Assembly: GCA_021399395.1 (NCBI GenBank)
Contig: JAAFKJ010000026.1
Span: 1-46,223 of the forward strand
Source of the DNA: Candidatus Heimdallarchaeota archaeon
GTDB lineage: Archaea; Asgardarchaeota; Heimdallarchaeia; Heimdallarchaeales; Heimdallarchaeaceae
DNA length: 46,223 nucleotides
Direction: 5' to 3'
The translations under genes and the position numbers were made by a program. Below, piece by piece: positions 21,601 to 28,617 of the stretch; the stretch's first letter is position 1; each line of letters begins with the position of its first letter. The notes beneath the pieces were generated by a model. That model searched no databases. It worked only from the letters and a program-made list of their open reading frames with translations, and was not told where the DNA came from.

Positions 21601-24600
21601 TTTGTTTCTCATGAAACTTATACTCCAGCAAGAGGAGGAAGTGCTGAATCTGAAATTGAAGCACTGAAAAGCGTTTTTGGAAAAGACGCTTGCAAAATTA
21701 CTATAGTAAATACAAAAGGTTTTACTGGACATGCAATGGGAGCAGGAATTGAAGAATGTGTTGCTATTAAATCAATGGAGAAAGGTAGAATTCCGCCTAT
21801 AGCAAATATTGCTAAAATAGATCCTTTGTTCTCTGAATTACGGTTTTCTGAAGGAGAAAATCGTAGGGTAAAATACGCAATTCGATTAGCAGCTGGATTT
21901 GGATCTCAAGTAGCATTCACTGCTTTTAGGCTTAATACCTTTGAAGATAGGTATGATTTGATTCTTCATGATGAATGGTTATCTGGATTAGGTGGTAATA
22001 TGGGTAGAACTTTTTTGGATGGAAGAGTCTTGAAAATGACAACAAAATCTAAATTGGAGATTTCCACATCAGCAAAATCCAAATCCCATGATATCGCTAA
22101 GAACTTAGTATCTACAGATATTTTACCAAGTGTTATCTCAATAATCTCAGAAATCACTGGATATGAGACAAATCTGATCGAAGCTGAAATGCATCTAGAA
22201 GAAGATCTAGGAATTGACACAGTTAAACAAGCTGAGATTTTTGGAATTCTTCGGGAAAAGTGGGATTTAGAATTAGATGATACAGTAAGTCTTGCAGAAT
22301 TTACAACACCTCAAAAAATTGCTATATATGTTCAAAGCAATGTTGGTGAGATAGGTTCTTCTGAACCAGTAGACCCCCCTAATTTGATGGAAACTTCTGA
22401 AGATTTGAACAGAAAAATCAGAGAGGTTATATCAGAAACCACAGGATATGAACAAAATCTAATAGAATTTGATATGGATCTAGAGGAAGATCTCGGTATA
22501 GATACAATAAAACAAGCTGAAATCTTTGGAGATATAAGAGAGATATATGATCTCCCCATTGATGAATCAATAAGTTTAGCAGAATTCAGAACAATCAATG
22601 ACATAGCCGGGTATGTCCACCGATATGTTGGAGATGTACCATCTATTACTTCTGAAATTTCAGAAAGTGTTGAAGAATTACCTAGAACTGAGAAGGAGCA
22701 AGACCTTGAAGACACTGTCAGAATTGATAAACTGATTACGGTTCCTATTCCTTTGGATAAGAGCAAAGCTGATAAAGTAAACTTAACTGAGCTTTCTACT
22801 TTAGTAATTGATATCAATTCCTCATTAGGTGAGGAGTTAGCAAGTTCTCTAAAAGAAAGAAAAGCGAATTATAAGATCTGTAAGTTGTTAAAAGAAAAAT
22901 CGGAATTAGAAGAAACAAATTTTGATCTATTTATCCTGTTGTTACCAGATCCAATCTCAGAACCTGGTTTGATTGACCAAGAAATCTACACTAAGATATT
23001 TACATTGTTTCAGTCACTAGAACTGAACTCAAATCAGAGAATTATTGCAGTATCAAAAGAAAATTATTTTGGTTTAAGAAAAGATGCAAATCCTATCTCT
23101 GGAGGAATTTCTGGTTTTGTGAAAACAATAGGTATAGAGTTTGAAATGGCCTATAAGCACATTTATTCTGAGAACATAAAATACATTATTCAAGAGTTGG
23201 AATATTGGGATACAAATGTTGAAATTGCATATGAAAAGAAAAATAGATTTACACTCGCAAATCTGGATATAAGTGACTATCTTACTCAATCTTCAAAAAT
23301 TCATGTTAAAGGCAGCGATTTACTACTTGTTACTGGGGGAGGTAGAGGAATTACCTTCAAATGTTTAGAAGCACTCTGCACAATTGTAAAATCCAAGGTA
23401 GCTATTTTTGGTATAGAAGACATTTCTAATGTTGATTCGGAAGCTCTTCTCTTATCTCCTGAAGAATTAGAGGAAAGAAAGCAGAAACTGATAGAAGAAC
23501 TGAAAGAAACTGAAGAGAAAGTCACTCCAGTTCTTATTGACAGACATTGGAATAATTTCTTATTCGGACTTGAAGTAGTAAGGAATCTTGAAATTTTAAG
23601 AAAGAAGAAGATAAAAGTCGAATATAGAAGAGTTGATGTTACAAATACAAAAGATGTAGAAGAAGCTATAAGAGATATTGAAAGTCATTTCGAGACCTCT
23701 GTTAGTCACATCATTCATGGAGCCGGTCTAGAGGAATCCAAGTCATTTAAAAAGAAGAAACTTGACTTTTCGAGTCTCATTGTTTCAGTAAAGGTTGAAG
23801 GTATTTGGAATATACTCAACTCAATTGATACAAAGAAACTGAAACGAGTAGTATGTTTTACATCAATTGCAGGTAGATATGGTAATAGAGGACAAGTAGA
23901 CTATTCATTCGCTAATGGGTACCTTTCAAGGCTTTGTTGGAAGTTGAATCAACAAGGAGTTTCAGCTGTAGCCTGTGATTGGTCAGCATGGGGAGGTGTA
24001 GGAATGGCAACAAGAGGGTCTATTATGGATATATTAACCTCTCAAGGTATAAATCCTATTCCTGTGCAAGAAGGTACAGAGAGTTTTGTCAAACTCTTCT
24101 TAAACACAATTGGAGATGAAGTAATCGTATCATGTGGTCTTGGACCTTTTGAAAAGATGTCTGAAATCAAATCAAAAATCAAAGAAAGTAAATATCCCTT
24201 AATTGAGAGTTTGGAGTATTATGATTCAACTTTCTTTACCAGAAAAGCAATTAATTCAGAGAATGACCTATATCTAAATGATCATCAAATACAACAAACA
24301 CCGATATTTCCAGGTGTGATGGGATTAGAATTTTTTGCAGAAACTTTTGAAATACTATCATCACAAAAACCTGTTAGTTTTTCAAACGTAGAATTTAATA
24401 CTGCTCTAAAGATTCAACAATCTCAAACAAAGGAGATTTATGTTGAATACAAATCCGATATAGGGAAAATGAAATTAAAATCAGATTTCATCGCAAAGAT
24501 TGATCCAAGTAAAAGAAGAGAAATTGAGCATTTTACAATAAATGTTGATGTTTCTACAAGGAGAAAGAAAGCAAAGAAATCAGAAAATGAAATTCGCGAA

Positions 24601-25773
24601 TCTGATATCAATCTCTTATCAAAAGAGGATATATATTCGTTCTTCTTCCATGGAGAGAGTTTTCAAGTATTAGAGAAATTAATTAATCTAGATGGAAAGA
24701 AAGCTATTTCGCAGATAGAAATTCCTGACAAAAATCTTTTCTCTGATAAAAGGAGTAAAACTACTCTGAACCCTCTTGCAATTGAAGCAGCATTACAGAC
24801 AGCGGGATTATATGACTACATTGTCAATAGCAAAACTTCTTTGCCATCAAAAATAGAGACAATAACCTTCTACAATAATAAAAAACCAAAATATATTGTT
24901 TCAATATTCACTGGAATTAATACAACTCATAGTACATTTGATGTAGAAATATTAGATGAAAAAAGAAACATAATCGCTAAACTAGACGGCTTGGGGATGA
25001 TACATACTCAACTCAACTTCAAGGAAGAATCAGAAATTAAAGATAAACTTCAGGAAACTTTCCGATACTGGGAAATCACTAACTCACTAAACCATGATAA
25101 TTTCAGAATAATTCCAGTCCGAATAGTAGCTTCTCTTCTTTCAACTAATCCCAAAACTGTTTTGTCTTCCTTGACATCTAAAGAAAAAGAACGATTTGAT
25201 ACATTCAAGAACGAGAAACGAAGAATTGAGTATCTTTCTGGTGTCATTGCATCTAAGGAACTCTATTCTCTTCTAGTTAATAAAGAGAACAAACCTAAAG
25301 AAATTGAGATTAGAAAAGAAAAGAAAGGTCGACCATACTTTTATGATCTTAAGAAGGATGAACCAAGTAATTTACATCTTTCAATAACTCATTCTGGAGA
25401 ATTTGCTATTGCAGCTGTTGGTCAATCACCTATTGGAATTGATATCGAAAAAATAGAAGAAAGAAGTGAGTCTTTCTACAAAGAAGCTTTCACAGAAAAA
25501 GAAAGAAATGAGATCTCATCAGATGCTGAAAAAGGAACAATATATTGGACAATTAAAGAAGCAATAACTAAAGCACTTGGTGAAGGTTTACACCTTAATC
25601 TACATGATATCGAAATTTCAGAAAACCAAGAAAAATCCTCTTACACGATTGGATTCTCTTCTAAGGTAGCTGATACTGTACCGTATGATGCTGATTCATT
25701 TGAGATAACGAACAAGAGTTTCCAGAATTATACGATTACATATTGTGAGATTCGACAGGAGGATAAAAAATGA
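15694..25773 (+). CDS. Single-chain type I FAS/PKS megasynthase: ER*-ER-KS-AT-KS-ACP-ACP-KR-DH-PPTase
   Basis: FabK/PfaD-like IIQGPMA, EGSECGGH, AGGI, GIQMGT; KS1 DAACASS/EAHGTST/GHLK; AT GQGSQ/GHSLG/AFHS; KS2 NAACAS/SHETYT/GHAMG; two LEEDLGIDT.KQAE ACPs; KR VTGGGRGI/HGAG/GQVDYSFAN; DH DHQIQQTPIFPG; Sfp-type PPTase GRP/SITHS/GIDIE/WTIKEAITKALG; GGTGA SD at 15684-15688. Confidence 0.93.
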   Translation: MKTRRQIINEIDPTRIIWGYSPKGISNPQLSIELSQKGGVGLVDLEGLDEQSISNILETCSKKIPKENIWGIKLSDVSQIEVVNKMEHIPILIIPKKIEIEQLMSLTCEYDWLIAEVRNVSEAQEKTEWADFFLVKGFESGGSIGEKSSFILIQEFNEVGYPFIIQGGIGVYNIISALIGGALGVVLEEQLLLLPECPLTAETKKYLASLDENDTYIIGESFDRKFRITGKIANKWIREFKTIEKTTTQDNFQELSQKIEEVSRTSAFLADQEIKNSFIPLGVGLRFASFISDKFGDLTAFLSGVKQIIRTQMVNLSDNWSFSEENEFAISLGIKLPIIQGPMANITDSADFALQVFNEGALPVLAFGGLLKEEAEILFKELHEKYPKSAPYAGGIIGLEVMKERRDAHISLIQENKTPLCLVAAGSIQLASRIQKAGTKVILHTPALSFFKDAIQNKIEYLILEGSECGGHIGILTSFTLWESIIQYVEREKSNISDKLKIVFAGGISDDRSTAMLAGMVSNHLDYISPGIQMGTAYLLTEEIVKCKALTSIYQEHVLNSSETKVIGTTVNTRARAIPSEFVETTLKLELERIREGMSIHDRKKVYEKDNLGALRIAGKAEIWNEKYKPGGASTQFVSASKKIQESKGCYMAGELIGLKRNILRIRDLHHDVVKSGKIYATQQIAELEKIHLDAVTSDVQIKESISLPIKNRVAIVGMGCILPDAENISQFWTNIIQKKYSITEISDERWKASLHFDEDKTAENKTYSKIGSFIKEYNFDSIRYRIPPKIAERMDDVQKWSLDSARQALEDAGIPTDGKLKLPIAVIVGNSLGGEIQRNTNKLFFVPEFIEEIKTNIVFQELTEEKQKNMINHLLDFSKKHYPSITEDSMPGELSNIIAGRIANVFNLIGKSMTTDAACASSVAAIDTAVNSLLSGEINVVLTGGADRSMDVATYVKFSKIGALSGTGTRPFDENADGFVMGEGAGFIVLKRLEDALTDGNKIYAVISSIGSSSDGKGKGITAPNPEGQKRAIERAMEKAQIDTNEVDYIEAHGTSTVVGDAVELQVLEGIFKDRTSDHKLNVSSIKSQIGHLKSASGIASIIKASLALYHKKLPPSINVEKPNPNIDWNNSKLRINTEVSEWNSSSSVVARVGVSAFGFGGANYHAILEEFNPAKIQYEKKPQLSISENIQEEIDQSQISLQSIKPKLCYMFTGQGSQYLGMAKQLYENSEIVKEYFEKAEQIWYGYYTYSFKEIVFGSEKLSNESNKKRLTDTKFTQPAIFVVDVSIASLLAEEGIEPNIVAGHSLGEYAALVIAGALSFEDGLKAVIERGRSMSRAGNSVPGAMAAILAPINQVHEIVKGVKNCYVTVANYNSKNQTVVSGEIEGIEQVLEISKQKGITAKRLNVSTAFHSKIVKSVEEEMEKVLSRIEFNEPKIPVYSNATGKVYPPKPEEIRKLLVQQISSSVLWVNEIQNIYNAGARFFVEIGPKKALFSFVKDILQDKTDISAFTTLIPKQNEIETVETTVNQIRQFIDPASLADLDPQFKKIKTEQEIVFPGEIAVSPDSDFQSFVRNNSNYLENILKSGYELYSNYLGENEEVKSAKSVAPVRHQLIGVTGVGVGFPGKSRNVFDDGNIDAILSGENLIDSIREDIRQNMLDKNINRLVKSPEGIASFEEIDELTKVINLAGQLGNFDPVGDFKLDEKLLSSLDITFQLAICAGLEALNNAGIPLVKSSFRTSTGKVLEGDWALPEPLQDETGIIFASAFPGYDNLVKEIQEQTNSDNDKKFSRNFLFKILSMGHSQFAQLIKAKGPNTQINAACASTTQAIGIAEDWIRIGRCNRVIVIAADDASSENLLPWLGSGFLAAGGVTTEEKVENAALPFGKNRHGLIIGSAAAALILENEDAYNMRGVKPIVDLIGSSFLNSGFHGSRLDVQHISKAFQNFVEKIEEQYHIPRKSLAEEGMFVSHETYTPARGGSAESEIEALKSVFGKDACKITIVNTKGFTGHAMGAGIEECVAIKSMEKGRIPPIANIAKIDPLFSELRFSEGENRRVKYAIRLAAGFGSQVAFTAFRLNTFEDRYDLILHDEWLSGLGGNMGRTFLDGRVLKMTTKSKLEISTSAKSKSHDIAKNLVSTDILPSVISIISEITGYETNLIEAEMHLEEDLGIDTVKQAEIFGILREKWDLELDDTVSLAEFTTPQKIAIYVQSNVGEIGSSEPVDPPNLMETSEDLNRKIREVISETTGYEQNLIEFDMDLEEDLGIDTIKQAEIFGDIREIYDLPIDESISLAEFRTINDIAGYVHRYVGDVPSITSEISESVEELPRTEKEQDLEDTVRIDKLITVPIPLDKSKADKVNLTELSTLVIDINSSLGEELASSLKERKANYKICKLLKEKSELEETNFDLFILLLPDPISEPGLIDQEIYTKIFTLFQSLELNSNQRIIAVSKENYFGLRKDANPISGGISGFVKTIGIEFEMAYKHIYSENIKYIIQELEYWDTNVEIAYEKKNRFTLANLDISDYLTQSSKIHVKGSDLLLVTGGGRGITFKCLEALCTIVKSKVAIFGIEDISNVDSEALLLSPEELEERKQKLIEELKETEEKVTPVLIDRHWNNFLFGLEVVRNLEILRKKKIKVEYRRVDVTNTKDVEEAIRDIESHFETSVSHIIHGAGLEESKSFKKKKLDFSSLIVSVKVEGIWNILNSIDTKKLKRVVCFTSIAGRYGNRGQVDYSFANGYLSRLCWKLNQQGVSAVACDWSAWGGVGMATRGSIMDILTSQGINPIPVQEGTESFVKLFLNTIGDEVIVSCGLGPFEKMSEIKSKIKESKYPLIESLEYYDSTFFTRKAINSENDLYLNDHQIQQTPIFPGVMGLEFFAETFEILSSQKPVSFSNVEFNTALKIQQSQTKEIYVEYKSDIGKMKLKSDFIAKIDPSKRREIEHFTINVDVSTRRKKAKKSENEIRESDINLLSKEDIYSFFFHGESFQVLEKLINLDGKKAISQIEIPDKNLFSDKRSKTTLNPLAIEAALQTAGLYDYIVNSKTSLPSKIETITFYNNKKPKYIVSIFTGINTTHSTFDVEILDEKRNIIAKLDGLGMIHTQLNFKEESEIKDKLQETFRYWEITNSLNHDNFRIIPVRIVASLLSTNPKTVLSSLTSKEKERFDTFKNEKRRIEYLSGVIASKELYSLLVNKENKPKEIEIRKEKKGRPYFYDLKKDEPSNLHLSITHSGEFAIAAVGQSPIGIDIEKIEERSESFYKEAFTEKERNEISSDAEKGTIYWTIKEAITKALGEGLHLNLHDIEISENQEKSSYTIGFSSKVADTVPYDADSFEITNKSFQNYTITYCEIRQEDKK

Positions 25774-26534
25774 AAATAGAGCACTCTGATATTAATTTCA
25801 GAGAAGAAACAATTAATGGAGTTCTTTATCTTCCAGAAGATAAGAATCCTTCCCCTTTGATAGTTCATCTAAACGGGATGCCAGGGTTAGAACCAGAGAA
25901 AGAAGGTGAAAGATTTGCTAGAGACATGGTGGATAATGGGTTCGCTTACTATGCTTTCGATTATACGGGAGTTCGAAATAGTACAGGAACATTTGAGTAT
26001 TATTATTCTCAAGAAAATATCAATCAAGTAATCTCCTATCTTGTCCATCATCCTAAAATTGATCCTACACAGATTGCTCTAATAGGAGAAAGTTTTGGGG
26101 GAGCGATGGCTATATCACACACAGCGCGGGATCCAAGAGTTAAGTGTTTAGCCATAAGATCTCCTGTATATGATACAGATAAAGTTGCAAAGTTGAAAAT
26201 CTTTGACGGTTTATCCCAACTATGGAAAAGAAGTAAACAGATGAGGTTTCCAGAGGTTCATTTGAAGAAATGGTTCAAAGAACAAACATCTCAATACAAT
26301 CCCTCGAAACTCATTTCAAAAATCAGCTGCCCAATCCGATTTATAATAGGAACAAGTGATGAGATCCTAGCTGTAGACCAAATAGAGGAATTTTATGGAA
26401 AACTCTCCCCAGATATTGACAAAGAAATGAAAGTAGTTGAAAAAGCCAATCATAATTTCTCGAACGAGAAACACTTTGAAATTATGAAAACATATGTAAT
26501 AGACTTTTTCAGAGAAGTACTCACAGCGAATTAA
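25770..26534 (+). CDS. Alpha/beta hydrolase (candidate thioesterase)
   Basis: GESFGG nucleophile elbow, GTSD acid, ANHNF His; ATGA overlap with the megasynthase stop; GGAGG SD. Confidence 0.85.
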   Translation: MKIEHSDINFREETINGVLYLPEDKNPSPLIVHLNGMPGLEPEKEGERFARDMVDNGFAYYAFDYTGVRNSTGTFEYYYSQENINQVISYLVHHPKIDPTQIALIGESFGGAMAISHTARDPRVKCLAIRSPVYDTDKVAKLKIFDGLSQLWKRSKQMRFPEVHLKKWFKEQTSQYNPSKLISKISCPIRFIIGTSDEILAVDQIEEFYGKLSPDIDKEMKVVEKANHNFSNEKHFEIMKTYVIDFFREVLTAN

Positions 26535-27010
26535 GGTTGAATAATTAGAAGATGCTGATCTTGCACAACATTATCATTTTCTTTCACTGAAATTTTGAGA
26601 ATTTTCCCTGAACTGGGGGCAAAGATCCTATTTCTCATTTTCATAGCTTCAAGTATCAGAAGTTCTTGATCTTTTGATACCTCTTCTCCTTCTGTCACTA
26701 AAATTTTAGTTATCTTTCCTGGGATTGGAGCTGAGATTTTTATGTCTTTTTTTTCAATTTCACTTGATTTGGTGCTTAATACAGGTATGTAAGGTTTGAT
26801 TGTAAATTGCGTCTTCTCTCCATTGACAAAAAACTCATCGTTTGAAACTTCCACTGTGAAAGTGTGCCCATCAACATCTACCTTGTAAATAGAATTTATA
26901 CCTTGTTTGACTTCAGCTGAGAAAACTTCTTCATCTATGCAAATGTCACCGTTAGGAAGAATTTCAACAATATATTCTCTATCTCTAAACATGACTTTTT
27001 TCTTAGACAA
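26531..27010 (-). CDS. accB: Biotin carboxyl carrier protein
   Basis: APIPGKI..V..G..V, ILEAMKM.N biotinylation motif; TTG start at 27010 with AGGTG SD just after the BC2 stop (alternative ATG at 26992). Confidence 0.9.
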   Translation of the reverse strand: MSKKKVMFRDREYIVEILPNGDICIDEEVFSAEVKQGINSIYKVDVDGHTFTVEVSNDEFFVNGEKTQFTIKPYIPVLSTKSSEIEKKDIKISAPIPGKITKILVTEGEEVSKDQELLILEAMKMRNRIFAPSSGKILKISVKENDNVVQDQHLLIIQP

Positions 27011-27024
27011 ATATGACACCTGTG

Positions 27025-28527
27025 TTATCGATAACCATTTTGCTGTTCTAATTTGTTTTGTTCTCTCCATCTATTATAATCTTCTCTACTTCTTTGAATA
27101 TTGGAGATATCATAATCTTGTTTCTGCTTGTGAATTGTATTGGCAATAAGTAAAGCTACAAGTTTTAGTTTTTCGTAGTGATTGAGTATCTGGTTTATTT
27201 TTGTTCTTTCCAAAAAATCAGTTGTTATTTGTCTATGTTGAAACTCTTCTGTTTCAATAATTGCTTTATGAAGAGATATATTTGTGGTTAATCCTGATAT
27301 AGCTAGTTCATTTAAAGCTAAGCGGGATTTTTGTATTGCATCCTCTCTATTTTCTCCTCTAATAATTAGTTTACCAATGAGAGAGTCATATTGGTTTGGG
27401 AGATTGTAATTGGGATAAATGAAGGTGTCAAATCTTACATCATTCCCACCAGGTATATTCAAACTTAGAATTTTACCAGTTTGAGGATAAAATGCCTTTA
27501 ATGGGTCTTCAGCATTAATCCTAAATTCTAATGCATGACCTGAGAACTTGATATCTTTTTGAGAATAAGATAGTTCTTCATTGTTAGCTACTCTCAACTG
27601 TTGAACTACCAGATCTATTCCGGTAATCATCTCTGTGACAGGATGCTCTACTTGAATTCTAGGATTTATCTCGTTGAAATACAATTTTCTATCTTTCCAA
27701 AGAAATTCAGCTGTTCCAGCGTTTCTATATGAGAGTTTTTTAGCTAAATTACAAATCTTTTCACCAAGACTATTTCTCCTTCTTGCTGATATGAACGAAG
27801 GAGCTTCTTCGATAATCTTCTGATAGGATCTTTGAATTGAACATTCTCGATCTCCAATATGGATAACATTACCAAAGTTATCTGCTAAAAATTGAATCTC
27901 GACATGTCTAGGGGCATGAATGTATTTCTCAATGAAAACCTCACTGCTTCCAAAGAATTTGCTAGCTATTGTTTGACAACCCATCAGACTTATTTCTAAA
28001 GCATCTGGATTTTCAACAATTTCCATCCCTCTTCCCCCTCCACCGTAAGCTGCCTTGATGATAATTGGATAACCTATCTTATTGGTTATTTGCTCAGCTT
28101 CAGAAACTGAATTAATGTAACCTGATGAACCTGGAACTGTCAGAATTCCTGCTTCCTTAGCCATCTTCTTGGCTTCAATTTTATTTCCTAATCTGTGAAG
28201 AATTGAAGGAGACGGACCAACAAAAATCAATCCATTTTTTTCAACCTCTTCTGCGAAAATTGCGCTCTCACTAAGAAATCCATATCCTGGATGAATGGCA
28301 TCAGACTGAGATTTAAGAGCTATCTCAATGATTTTTTCAATATTTAGATATGTGTCTTGTACATCCCCACTACCTAAGCAGAATGCTTCATCCGCCATCT
28401 TAATATGGAGAGAAGTAGAATCAATATCAGAAAAAATAGCTACCGTTTTGAAATTAAGAAGTCGACAGGCTCTTATGATTCTGATAGCTATCTCTCCGCG
28501 GTTAGCTATAAGGATAGTACTGAGCAT
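27025..28527 (-). CDS. accC: Biotin carboxylase subunit, copy 2
   Basis: ILIANRGEIAIR, IHPGYGFLSE, GGGGRGM, NPRIQVEHPVTE, YDSLIGK. Confidence 0.92.
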   Translation of the reverse strand: MLSTILIANRGEIAIRIIRACRLLNFKTVAIFSDIDSTSLHIKMADEAFCLGSGDVQDTYLNIEKIIEIALKSQSDAIHPGYGFLSESAIFAEEVEKNGLIFVGPSPSILHRLGNKIEAKKMAKEAGILTVPGSSGYINSVSEAEQITNKIGYPIIIKAAYGGGGRGMEIVENPDALEISLMGCQTIASKFFGSSEVFIEKYIHAPRHVEIQFLADNFGNVIHIGDRECSIQRSYQKIIEEAPSFISARRRNSLGEKICNLAKKLSYRNAGTAEFLWKDRKLYFNEINPRIQVEHPVTEMITGIDLVVQQLRVANNEELSYSQKDIKFSGHALEFRINAEDPLKAFYPQTGKILSLNIPGGNDVRFDTFIYPNYNLPNQYDSLIGKLIIRGENREDAIQKSRLALNELAISGLTTNISLHKAIIETEEFQHRQITTDFLERTKINQILNHYEKLKLVALLIANTIHKQKQDYDISNIQRSREDYNRWREQNKLEQQNGYR

Positions 28528-28548
28528 AAAGGATTAATTCCTTGGACA

Positions 28549-28558
28549 TTTATATAAA
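28549..28558 (-). promoter_or_regulatory. Archaeal TATA box of the BC2-BCCP operon
   Basis: TTTATATAAA ending about 22 nt upstream of ATG 28527. Confidence 0.6.
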
Positions 28559-28617
28559 GGCTCTTTTATTTTATCACAAAAAAACATTAAGAAAAAACGA
28601 ATTAATTTGATAAATGT

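Noticed and set aside
15694-25773. Calling the megasynthase pfaA (PUFA synthase) or fungal-type fas
   Set aside because: No FabA-type DH pair or chain-length factor was recognised and there are no separate pfaB/C/D genes; domain order and ACP/KR types differ from fungal FAS; the product cannot be assigned
27011-27070. N-terminal extension of BCCP
   Set aside because: It overlaps the BC2 coding end; an SD-supported start exists at 27010
9999-28527. Mobile genomic island boundaries around the cluster
   Set aside because: No integrase, transposase, tRNA or flanking direct repeats were seen
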